A stretch of 64,000 nt of DNA, taken from an uncultured Candidatus Saccharibacteria bacterium. Lineage in GTDB: Bacteria > Patescibacteriota > Saccharimonadia > Saccharimonadales > JACDBH01. The number at the start of each line of letters is the position of its first letter. The stretch's first letter is position 1. The stretch is taken from the NCBI GenBank assembly GCA_965231105.1, contig OZ246417.1, forward strand, positions 164,094 to 228,093, written 5' to 3'. This document shows positions 55,677 to 64,000 of this stretch, piece by piece. Both the position numbers and the translations under genes were made by a program. The notes under the pieces are model-generated. The model was not told the origin of the DNA, ran no database searches, and saw nothing but the letters and a program-made list of their open reading frames with translations.

Positions 55677-57237
55677 TGAGGCCTCCTAAGAATGTGCCCG
55701 CTGGGGTGGTTAAGGTATTGCCTCCGGAAATAACCGTCATTCGTACCTGATCGCTGGTGATGCCTGTTAGGTTAACGGTGCAATTAAGTTGAGCACCGGA
55801 TGAGTTGCCTGTACAGCTGGCCGTATAGGTGTTGCTGTTCTGCAGAAATCGCACGGTTGTTGCGCAACTTGGGGCTGAACTGCTGCACGGAAGATTGGCA
55901 CCGCGGACCTGGAATGTAAAGGCATTCAAGGTGCTTGTACTTAAACTGACGTCGTCTGGTACGATCGAATAAATACGTGGGAATGAACTACTGGTTGTCA
56001 TCATGAGACGTACCTTTTGGAGATATTCTGTACCACTGTAATTAAAAGTAGTAGCTGGCGGATCTGAGGCACTGTAGGTTGGAACAATGAGTGGATTGAA
56101 CGGATTATTGCCACTATAAGGTAGCACGGCAGCTACATAGTAGTTTGTGCTGCCAATCCGGCAGTTTGTGCCCGCCGTTTCGCTACAGAAAACATATGTA
56201 CCCGGTACCAGACCTGTAAGTGCGGCAAGTCCACTCGCATCGGTGGTTGGGCGTGTATCTGTTGGGGTCATGGTGTCGTAGTAGTACTCAGTGTTCGTGG
56301 TGAGCGTGTATTTTTTGTAGCCACCCTTTACATATACGCGCATATTTGCGAGAGGATTGCCATTAGTGTCGGTCGTTTCGATGACAAGACTGTTTGTTCC
56401 CTGGGGTTTGAGCGTAAGTGTTACAAAAGAGGACTGCTGGGTAAGAATTTGCTGGCTTGGATACGTTGGCGTTAGTGACCCTGATGGTGCGATTGTTGTG
56501 AGTGTGGAGTAGTTCGTAAGCGAGCCCGTCACGCGATAGTCAAAGCCTGAGGTGTCGGGCGGCAGGCCATAGAATATGGCATTACCATTGCTGTCACTTG
56601 TGTCAGAAAGATTAATATTAGGTGAAACGGTCGTGTTGGCCACCTGTACGGTTGCCCCAGAAAGCGGATTCCCGTTTTCGTCTAAAACACGAACAAACAG
56701 TGCGCCGGTTGTACTGGCAGTTTCGGCAACACGAGCAGAAATCTGCGAATCAACTTCGGCCAGTTTCACATTTCCTGGACCAAAGACGGTGACATGAGCT
56801 ACTTTGTAATCCTGAGGATTGGTATCAGTTGCAGGTGCCCCAGTGGGTGGCGGATAATTCCGGCAATACAACTGTTTTAAAGACAGATTTGGGTATGAGC
56901 CACAGCCATCAAAGGCATCATCGACATAGTCGATCGAGGTTTTAATCGTATAGGTTACATTATTTAAAGTGGTCGTGGTGGTGTTAGGGAGATAACTAGT
57001 TGAGTAGATGGGGCCGCCTAAAACCGCTAGGCTGTTAAAAGGAAGTGCACGCAAAGTTTCCATTTGAGTAATGGCAAGGGTTGAGGCCACTGCCTTTCGC
57101 TTAGTCACTACGGTACTGCGTATGAGGGTGCTGAATAATGTGAAGACACTTAAAGCAATCATCGTGAGGAGCACGATGCCTACCATCAGCTCAACGAGGG
57201 TATACCCTGATTGCCTCTCGGGCCGCTTCTCGACCAT
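55663..57237 (-). CDS. Giant type IV pilin-like protein with CarboxypepD_reg/Cna-B-like repeats (524 aa)
   Basis: SG/YTLVELMVGIVLLTMIAL prepilin motif with Glu+5. Internal DENGNPLSGATVQV, DTNGNPLANMRVYV and GLVPGTYVF beta-sandwich-type repeats. Confidence 0.8.
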   Translation of the reverse strand: MVEKRPERQSGYTLVELMVGIVLLTMIALSVFTLFSTLIRSTVVTKRKAVASTLAITQMETLRALPFNSLAVLGGPIYSTSYLPNTTTTTLNNVTYTIKTSIDYVDDAFDGCGSYPNLSLKQLYCRNYPPPTGAPATDTNPQDYKVAHVTVFGPGNVKLAEVDSQISARVAETASTTGALFVRVLDENGNPLSGATVQVANTTVSPNINLSDTSDSNGNAIFYGLPPDTSGFDYRVTGSLTNYSTLTTIAPSGSLTPTYPSQQILTQQSSFVTLTLKPQGTNSLVIETTDTNGNPLANMRVYVKGGYKKYTLTTNTEYYYDTMTPTDTRPTTDASGLAALTGLVPGTYVFCSETAGTNCRIGSTNYYVAAVLPYSGNNPFNPLIVPTYSASDPPATTFNYSGTEYLQKVRLMMTTSSSFPRIYSIVPDDVSLSTSTLNAFTFQVRGANLPCSSSAPSCATTVRFLQNSNTYTASCTGNSSGAQLNCTVNLTGITSDQVRMTVISGGNTLTTPAGTFLGGLIVAP

Positions 57238-57319
57238 ACTTAGCTCATAGTATAAAGCATAAGTGTATAAGCTGAAGAATTGATTTTTTACCTTATATCT
57301 CGTAGAGTTTATCTAAATT

Positions 57320-58252
57320 ATGAGTAGCGCCACACCGCATATACCGGCTGAATATATTGTGCCGCTTAATATGAATGGTTTGCGTGGCCGGCTCCTTCGT
57401 ATGCCACCACCGAAAAATCGCAAACGTGAGATTTTAATGGTATATGGTCATCACTCGAGTCTTGAACGTATGTATAGTCTTGCTCAAGTTATCCATGAAT
57501 ATGGCGGTGTTACCATGCCAGATCTTCCTGGATTTGGTGGAATGGACAGCTTTTATAAAATTGGGGAAAAACCTGATCTCGATACGATGGCTGATTATCT
57601 GGCCTCTGTTATTAAGCTGCGCTATAAAGGTCATCGCTTTACTATTGCCGGTATATCATTTGGCTTCTTAGTCGTTACAAGAATGCTTCAGCGCTATCCG
57701 GATATTGCGAAGAAGGTAGACCTACTGATTAGTGTTGTGGGCTTTGCGCACAAAGATGATTTGAGATTTAGTAAGATAAGACTTCGCGCCTATGGCTTTG
57801 CCGCACGATTCTTTTCGTATCGTCTGCCAGCCCTCTTTTTCCGAAATGTTGTACTCCATCCCTTTATTCTTCGCTCGTTCTATAGTCGAACTCATAATGC
57901 GAAGCATAAATATGTGGGACTTGATGCAGAGGCACGAAAAAGTCTTACCGAGTTCGAAATACATCTCTGGCACATTAATGAAGTCCGAACTTATATGAAG
58001 ACAACGACCGCTATGCTGACAGTTAATAACTGCGAGGTGGCCGTTGATCTGCCGGTATGGCATATTGGCGTGGATCTTGATAATTACTTCGATAATCGCT
58101 TGGTTGAACAACATATGCGTATCACCTTTAATGATTTTAATTACATTAAGGCACCAATTGAAAAGCATATTCCAAATGTTATTGCGGGTAAGGAAGAGGC
58201 CTCGACACTCATTCCAAAGAAAGTCAGAGATTTACTAAAGAGCAAACCATGA
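57320..58252 (+). CDS. Alpha/beta hydrolase
   Basis: ILMVYGHHSS (oxyanion region) and IAGISFGF (GxSxG). Confidence 0.6.
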   Translation: MSSATPHIPAEYIVPLNMNGLRGRLLRMPPPKNRKREILMVYGHHSSLERMYSLAQVIHEYGGVTMPDLPGFGGMDSFYKIGEKPDLDTMADYLASVIKLRYKGHRFTIAGISFGFLVVTRMLQRYPDIAKKVDLLISVVGFAHKDDLRFSKIRLRAYGFAARFFSYRLPALFFRNVVLHPFILRSFYSRTHNAKHKYVGLDAEARKSLTEFEIHLWHINEVRTYMKTTTAMLTVNNCEVAVDLPVWHIGVDLDNYFDNRLVEQHMRITFNDFNYIKAPIEKHIPNVIAGKEEASTLIPKKVRDLLKSKP

Positions 58253-58292
58253 GGTTGCAGCTTCGAATACTGAGACGTGGTAGGATAGTACT

Positions 58293-59420
58293 ATGAAAAT
58301 CGGACTTGTCTGTCCCTATGACTTTTTTCGTCACGGTGCAGTCCAGAAACTTGTTGAAGTACTCGACAAAGAGTTAACTGCACGCGGTCATGATGTGCGC
58401 ATTATTACACCCCGGCCACGGAACTATAAGGGTGATGCGCCTGATCGGATGCTCTTTGTAGGACAGTCTGCTAAATGGAATACTCCGATTAAAACGACGC
58501 TCGAAGTGGGTCTTACCCTTGAAACGGATGGGCTTGAAGAGATGCTTGAGAAAGAGGGCTTTGATCTTATTCATGTTCATGAGCCTGAAGTACCAATTCT
58601 GGGGGCTCAGATTGCAGCACGTGCTACCTGCCCTATTGTGGCAACTTTTCATGCCACCTTCCCTGAAACAGCGATGGGTAAAACGATAGAATTTTTCCGT
58701 CCTGCTCTCGCTCGCTCTATTTTTAGAAATATTGCCGCCATGACCGCAGTCTCAGACTCGGCTGCTCGTTTTGTACGGGAATGGTCTGAACAGTCAGTAG
58801 ATATAGTGCCCAACTATATTGATCTCAAACGTTTTACGCCGCCGAAGCGCCTAAAACGCAAGCCGGCAACAATTCTCTATGTAGGCAGACTTGAAAAGCG
58901 TAAGGGCGTGCGATATTTGCTCAAAGCCTTTGCTGCGCTAGCTGAAACAGATGAAAATGTAGAGCTTATCATTGCTGGCGACGGTTCTGAGCGTCCGAAA
59001 CTAGAGGCCTGGGTAGAGACTTACGAAGTGCCCCGAGTAAAATTTCTTGGGGCCGTTGACGAACCAACGAAACTCAAACTCCTCCATGAAGCGACCCTTT
59101 TCTGTTCACCGGCAATATTTGGTGAAAGTTTCGGGATTGTCTTATTAGAGGCAATGGCTGCAGGAGTGCCTATCGTGGCGGGAGATAACCCAGGGTATGC
59201 TTGTGTCATGAAGGGGCGTGGTCTTCTTTCCTTAGTAAACCCACAAGATACCGGTGATTTTGCGCGGCGACTTGATCTGATGCTTAAAGATGAAGAGTTA
59301 CGAAAACTATGGCTTGCGTGGTCAAAAAAATATATTAGACAATATGATTTCAAAAAAATTATCGATCAGTATGAAGAAGTCTATAAGAAAGCAGTACGAG
59401 TGAAGGTTGGTCAGGCATGA
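58293..59420 (+). CDS. Glycosyltransferase family 4 (PimA-like)
   Basis: MKIGLVCPYDFFRHGAVQKLV at the N-terminus and ESFGIVLLEAMAAGVPIVAG (EX7E region). Confidence 0.85.
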   Translation: MKIGLVCPYDFFRHGAVQKLVEVLDKELTARGHDVRIITPRPRNYKGDAPDRMLFVGQSAKWNTPIKTTLEVGLTLETDGLEEMLEKEGFDLIHVHEPEVPILGAQIAARATCPIVATFHATFPETAMGKTIEFFRPALARSIFRNIAAMTAVSDSAARFVREWSEQSVDIVPNYIDLKRFTPPKRLKRKPATILYVGRLEKRKGVRYLLKAFAALAETDENVELIIAGDGSERPKLEAWVETYEVPRVKFLGAVDEPTKLKLLHEATLFCSPAIFGESFGIVLLEAMAAGVPIVAGDNPGYACVMKGRGLLSLVNPQDTGDFARRLDLMLKDEELRKLWLAWSKKYIRQYDFKKIIDQYEEVYKKAVRVKVGQA

Positions 59421-60541
59421 AAATAGCCCTCGTGCTCGATGATACGCTTGATAAAGATGATGGCGTTCAGCAGTCTGTGCTTACTATTGGCAAATGGCTT
59501 CGCCATGAAGGTCATGTTGTTCACTACCTGGTAGCAGATACAAAACGTACAGATATACCGAATGTCCATAGTCTTGGACGCTTTATTAACCTGCGCTACA
59601 ACAAGAATAATGTACGTACACCCTTGCCTGTAAGTCGCGCAAAGATCAAGGCACTCATGAAACACGAGCAATATGACATTGTGCATGTCATGATGCCGTG
59701 CAGTCCGCTGCTTGGAGAAGTAGTCATTCGTTATGCTTCACCGAAAGCAGCGGTTATTGGAACCTTCCATACATTACCCGCATCACGTGTACATGGCTAC
59801 AGCCATAAGGCCCTTAAGCTTCTCCTGAGTCGCAGCCTAAAACGATTTGACCATATTATGGCTGTCTCAGAACCTACGGTGCACTTTGCGCGCAAAGCTT
59901 ATGGCTTAAGCACCACGTATCTTCCCAACCCCATCGTTATGAGTGATTTTAAAAGTGGACATAGACTATCTACGTATAACAAATCCAAGATTAATATTAT
60001 TTTCCTTGGACGCTTAGTGAAGCGAAAGGGTATTTTAGAGCTGATTAAAGCGTATAACGCACTTGATGATGAAACCGCTCAGAAAACGCGGCTCATTATC
60101 GGGGGTAAAGGACCTTTACGAGCTCGTGCAAAAAATCTCGTCCACAGCGATCGCTCTGTAACATTCGCTGGATATATTGCAGAAAAAGATAAAGCAAACT
60201 TTTTGGCTACTGCCGATATTGCCGTCTTTCCTTCTACATCGGGAGAGGCGTTCGGTATTGTACTCGTAGAAGCAATGGCCGCGGGCTCTGGTGTGGTCTT
60301 AGGCGGGAGTAACCCAGGTTACAGCAGTGTTCTTGGGGCTCAGCCCTATCTGCTTTTTGACCCTCAGGATATTAAAGGTTTTGCCGAGCATCTTGCACTT
60401 TTTGTAAATGATCAAAAGCTTCGTGAACGTATGCATGAGTGGCAAGATTCTACCGTTGGTCAGTATGATGTGAGCGTTGTAGGTGAACAGCTCGTTAAAA
60501 TTTATGAAGACGCCTTGCAAGCTCGGTCAGAAGTGAGATAA
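59417..60541 (+). CDS. Glycosyltransferase family 4 (paralog of the upstream gene)
   Basis: MKIALVLDDTLDKDDGVQQSV and EAFGIVLVEAMAAGSGVVLGG motifs. ATGA overlap with the upstream GT4. Confidence 0.85.
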   Translation: MKIALVLDDTLDKDDGVQQSVLTIGKWLRHEGHVVHYLVADTKRTDIPNVHSLGRFINLRYNKNNVRTPLPVSRAKIKALMKHEQYDIVHVMMPCSPLLGEVVIRYASPKAAVIGTFHTLPASRVHGYSHKALKLLLSRSLKRFDHIMAVSEPTVHFARKAYGLSTTYLPNPIVMSDFKSGHRLSTYNKSKINIIFLGRLVKRKGILELIKAYNALDDETAQKTRLIIGGKGPLRARAKNLVHSDRSVTFAGYIAEKDKANFLATADIAVFPSTSGEAFGIVLVEAMAAGSGVVLGGSNPGYSSVLGAQPYLLFDPQDIKGFAEHLALFVNDQKLRERMHEWQDSTVGQYDVSVVGEQLVKIYEDALQARSEVR

Positions 60542-60562
60542 TGCAAGCATAAGGAAATTATT

Positions 60563-61693
60563 GTGATTTTTAACTTTAGAAAACAAAACAAAGTTCAAGA
60601 GGTGGAAATATCAGTATCAAATCGGACGGTTATCCGTGTGCTTGGTCTGGTCTTAGCCTCTTATCTCTTTCTCGTGGCCTTACAAAAAGCTACTCACGCT
60701 CTAACCCTTATCTTTATCGCACTTTTTCTCGCTATTGCACTCAATGCGCCCGTACACTGGCTTGCACAGCACATTCCTGGACGTAAGCGTGGTAGTCGCA
60801 GTGCGGCAACTGCTCTTTCCTTCTTCGTCATTATTGCTTTACTTGCCGGTTTTATCGCCAGTATTGTTCCTCCGCTCGTGAAGCAAACCAGCTCGTTTAT
60901 TAATGCTGCTCCAGGACTCGTAGAAGATTTGCGTGATGAGAATACTTCTTTGGGTAGTTTTGTACGTCGCTATAGTCTGGAAGACCAGGTTGATAAGTTC
61001 TCATCTCAACTTTCAGGAAGACTGAATGATTTAAGTGGTTCGGCTGTCTCGACTTTTACTCGCATTACGAGTAGTTTCTTCTCGGTTCTTACCGTGCTTG
61101 TACTTACCTTTATGATGCTTATCGAAGGTCCTCGCTGGCTTGCGTTTGGTAGGCGGTTAATGCCGGATGATAAAGAGCCACATGCTGAGCGACTTATGAA
61201 AGATATGTACCGAGTCATTAAGGGATATGTGAATGGCCAAGTATTGCTTGCCACCATTGCCGCTCTTATTATCGTTATCCCACTATTTATCTTGAAGGTT
61301 AGTTACCCAATTGCACTCATGGTCATTGTCTTTATCTGTGGTTTGATTCCACTCGTTGGTCACACGATCGGTGCTGTTATAGTCAGCCTTGTTGCGCTTT
61401 TCCAATCTCCAGTAGCTGCAGTTATTATTCTTATTTACTACATCACCTACCAGCAAATTGAAAACTATGCCGTGCAGCCTCGTATCCAGGCCAACTCAAC
61501 AGACATGTCCCCATTACTCGTGTTTATGTCAGTTATCGTGGGTGTAAGCTTCAACGGACTTATTGGTGGTTTGGTTGCTATACCGATTGCCGGATGCTTA
61601 CGTATTCTTCTTTTGGATTACCTAAAGCACAAGAAACTACTTGATGCTGAAGGCTCTAATATGCCAAAGCCCGCTATACCCGGAACCAAATAG
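60563..61693 (+). CDS. AI-2E family transporter (PerM/UPF0118)
   Basis: About 8 TM segments. The C-terminal YQQIENYAVQPRI block is typical of the family. GTG start with AAGGAA SD. Confidence 0.75.
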   Translation: MIFNFRKQNKVQEVEISVSNRTVIRVLGLVLASYLFLVALQKATHALTLIFIALFLAIALNAPVHWLAQHIPGRKRGSRSAATALSFFVIIALLAGFIASIVPPLVKQTSSFINAAPGLVEDLRDENTSLGSFVRRYSLEDQVDKFSSQLSGRLNDLSGSAVSTFTRITSSFFSVLTVLVLTFMMLIEGPRWLAFGRRLMPDDKEPHAERLMKDMYRVIKGYVNGQVLLATIAALIIVIPLFILKVSYPIALMVIVFICGLIPLVGHTIGAVIVSLVALFQSPVAAVIILIYYITYQQIENYAVQPRIQANSTDMSPLLVFMSVIVGVSFNGLIGGLVAIPIAGCLRILLLDYLKHKKLLDAEGSNMPKPAIPGTK

Positions 61694-63080
61694 TTTTCTC
61701 AGATGTATCGCGTAGTCCAATGCCCTGTTTTAGGAGCTCGTCTCTAATTTGGTCTGACTTTTCCCAGTCTTTAGATTTTCGTGCTGCTTCACGGTCACTG
61801 ATGAGTGTTTGCTCTGCAGGCTTTATATCCTTGCTCTGAGATAGTTTGAGGCCAAAGACGTCATCGAGCCAGCGAAGAAATGCTGTAAAGCTTTCAACTG
61901 CCTCTTCGGCAATGCCGTGAGCTTCTAGATCATTCGATAGGTCGCTTAAGAGGGCTAATGCCTGTGGAGTTGCAAGATCATTTTCAAGTGTGGTCTGCAT
62001 TTTATTCTGCGTCGTTTCAATGATGTCTTTCTCTACCCCGCCTGCGAGCGGCTGAAAACGTAAATCAGATACCGTCCTTAGAGACCGCAAGCGGTTCTGG
62101 GCAGCCTCTAGGCTCTCCCAGGTAAAGTTGGTCTGAGAACGGTAATGAGCTTGCAATACGAGGAGACGAAAACTTAGAGGCTCAAAACCTTTTTTAATGA
62201 TATCTTCTAATGTGTAAAAGTTATTTAAGCTCTTACTCATCTTTTTACCGTCAATCAGGAGGTGCTCATTGTGAACGAAGAATGTTGCTAGGAGAGGATT
62301 ACTTTCTGCTGCGGTGCTTTGCGCAATTTCATTTTCATGGTGCGGGAAGATAAGGTCTATACCCCCAGTGTGAATATCGAATGGGAGGCCTAAGCCCTTT
62401 TTGCTCATTGCCGAACATTCAATATGCCATCCTGGCCTGCCAGTGTAATCCTCGCCGTTAATGGCAAATTCCCAGGCCGGTTCGCCGTCGCGTTGTTTTT
62501 TCCAAAGTGCAAAGTCATGGGCCGATTCTTTATCGTATTCATCATTATCAATGCGCGCCTCCGACGTGTTAGAAGTCTCTACATCGATAAGTTGCCCGTA
62601 TGTTTTTCCGCTCTTTTTATATGCATTGATAGAAAAATAAATGCCGTCTTCTGCGGTATAGGCAATTTTTTGCGCAAGTAATTTTTCGATAAGTTGCTGA
62701 ATCTCCTTTATGGACGCGGTGGCTTTAATGAAGCTCATAGAGCCGATGTCATTGCCGATACGCCTCATATCTTCTAAAAAGACTTCAGAATAGTGTTCAG
62801 TAAGCTTTTGCAAAGCTTCCTTAGCGGGCATATCGGGATAGTTTTCTCGGCTACGTTTAATCGTCTTATCATCTACATCTGTAAAGTTCATAAGATGATT
62901 CACATCAAAACCAGCACTTATGAGGACGCGCCGTAAGGTATCGGCAAAGATAAAGGAACTTAAGTTGCCAATATGAATGTTGTCGTAGACGGTAGGGCCA
63001 CAAGAATACATACGGACAGCATCATCCTTCAGTGAAGTAAACGGTTCGACTTTCTTGGTTCGGGTATTATGTAATCTCAT
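61674..63080 (-). CDS. cysS: Cysteine--tRNA ligase
   Basis: MYSCGPTVYDNIHIGNL (HIGH region), the WHIECSAM zinc site and KMSKSLNN (KMSKS). Confidence 0.95.
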   Translation of the reverse strand: MRLHNTRTKKVEPFTSLKDDAVRMYSCGPTVYDNIHIGNLSSFIFADTLRRVLISAGFDVNHLMNFTDVDDKTIKRSRENYPDMPAKEALQKLTEHYSEVFLEDMRRIGNDIGSMSFIKATASIKEIQQLIEKLLAQKIAYTAEDGIYFSINAYKKSGKTYGQLIDVETSNTSEARIDNDEYDKESAHDFALWKKQRDGEPAWEFAINGEDYTGRPGWHIECSAMSKKGLGLPFDIHTGGIDLIFPHHENEIAQSTAAESNPLLATFFVHNEHLLIDGKKMSKSLNNFYTLEDIIKKGFEPLSFRLLVLQAHYRSQTNFTWESLEAAQNRLRSLRTVSDLRFQPLAGGVEKDIIETTQNKMQTTLENDLATPQALALLSDLSNDLEAHGIAEEAVESFTAFLRWLDDVFGLKLSQSKDIKPAEQTLISDREAARKSKDWEKSDQIRDELLKQGIGLRDTSEKTIWFRV

Positions 63081-64000
63081 TATTTTCTCTGTTCATTGAA
63101 TAAGCTTTTCACGACTTCAATACATTCATTTTTTACTTTCGTAATATCGCTCTTTTCAACTTTGAACCCTGCTGCATAGGCGTGACCACCACCGCCAAAA
63201 TGTTCTGCAAGTTTTGCAGCGAATGGCGCGCCTTGGTTACATCGTATGGCAGCCGTAACGCGACCATTATCGTAGTGTTTTAATACAATACTCACGAGTA
63301 CGCTCTCTGTTTGCAAGTGATCAGGCTGAATAAGCGGTGCAGGATTGTAATGTGGGCTGTACTGACTGATTTCTGCCTGCGGGATATCGGTAATAGCGAG
63401 GAGGCCGTCTAATACAACTTCCGTACGCTTTATGAGGTCTGCTTTGTAGCGAAAAATGATTTCAGGCATGCGATTATATGCACGACGTTTTTCTTCGAGC
63501 TTTGGTCGATCTACGCCTCCTTCAACAAGCTCCGCCATTGTGCGGTATGTCTCTGCGGTAGTATTTTCGGTAGTAAGACCTAGGCTGTCTGAAAGTATAG
63601 AGTTCATAATAAATTCTTGGGCACGCTTATTAAGTGGCCATTTCAAAACTTTTGCGAGCTCAAAGATCACATCGCCAGTCGAGACTTTGTGTGAGTCATT
63701 AATGACGATTGTTGCATACGGAATGTCGCACGTTACCCCGGCATGATGGTCTAAAACTACACATGGTCGGCTTGCTATCCACGCACGGGCTGGTGTGGCC
63801 TCAAGAAGCTGTAATAACGAATGGGCAGAGGTGTCTACGATAATACTGAGGTCAAACTGGGAAGGAATTTCTTTATTAACTCTGTCCCAACCATCCATGT
63901 ACTTGAGGTAATCGGGCATATCAATGCCGCAATACATAACGGGTTCTTTGCCCATATCATGGATAATCTGCTCTAATGCAAGGGCGCTCCCGAGTGAATC
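63080..64000 (-). CDS. DHH-family phosphoesterase (NrnA-like), N-terminus truncated by window edge
   Basis: VVLDHHAG (DHH) and FGGGGHAYAAGF (DHHA1 GGGH). The reading frame stays open to position 64000 (DSLGSALALEQ...). TAATG overlap with cysS. Confidence 0.8.
   Translation of the reverse strand, partial: DSLGSALALEQIIHDMGKEPVMYCGIDMPDYLKYMDGWDRVNKEIPSQFDLSIIVDTSAHSLLQLLEATPARAWIASRPCVVLDHHAGVTCDIPYATIVINDSHKVSTGDVIFELAKVLKWPLNKRAQEFIMNSILSDSLGLTTENTTAETYRTMAELVEGGVDRPKLEEKRRAYNRMPEIIFRYKADLIKRTEVVLDGLLAITDIPQAEISQYSPHYNPAPLIQPDHLQTESVLVSIVLKHYDNGRVTAAIRCNQGAPFAAKLAEHFGGGGHAYAAGFKVEKSDITKVKNECIEVVKSLFNEQRK

Overview
Compact, gene-dense bacterial chromosome segment with moderate GC and standard genetic code. 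About 80 protein genes and 2 tRNAs (Leu-CAA, Gln-UUG) are supported. I saw no rRNA, CRISPR array, transposase or integrase. Recognisable content: PEGA protein, sortase, xth, smpB, a clan GH-A hydrolase head-to-head with a GT2, SNase-like nuclease, TerC, CobO-like adenosyltransferase and a glutaredoxin-like protein. It continues with a complete F1Fo ATP synthase operon, a PhnW-like aminotransferase / CDP-alcohol phosphatidyltransferase / LicC-like nucleotidyltransferase / MIP channel cluster, a single-chain UvrD-RecB-nuclease helicase and queA. Next come NDH-2, an FAD-linked oxidase, a DrrAB-like ABC exporter, cyoABCD plus cyoE (quinol oxidase), a SIMPL protein, an S11 carboxypeptidase and a CHASE histidine kinase with a receiver and a Crp-family regulator. 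The window ends with a three-gene operon of giant type IV pilin-like proteins, two PimA-like GT4 paralogs, an AI-2E transporter, cysS and a truncated DHH phosphoesterase. The most unusual feature is the ATP synthase operon. Six orphan, non-membrane ORFs (134; 117/110/99/81; 79 aa) sit at the atpA-atpG, atpG-atpD and atpD-atpC junctions. All are on the operon strand, joined by overlapping or abutting stop/start codons, and most have Shine-Dalgarno sequences. The delta subunit is also unusually short. Other points of interest are a CyoD fused to a cupredoxin-like extracytoplasmic domain, a recurrent signature of -10 boxes 6-10 nt upstream of start codons (leaderless or near-leaderless first genes), and back-to-back promoters sharing one -35 element. 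The gene content is reminiscent of a small-genome Gram-positive-type lineage such as Saccharibacteria/Patescibacteria, but that is inference only. All product calls rest on motifs read by eye; no database search was run.
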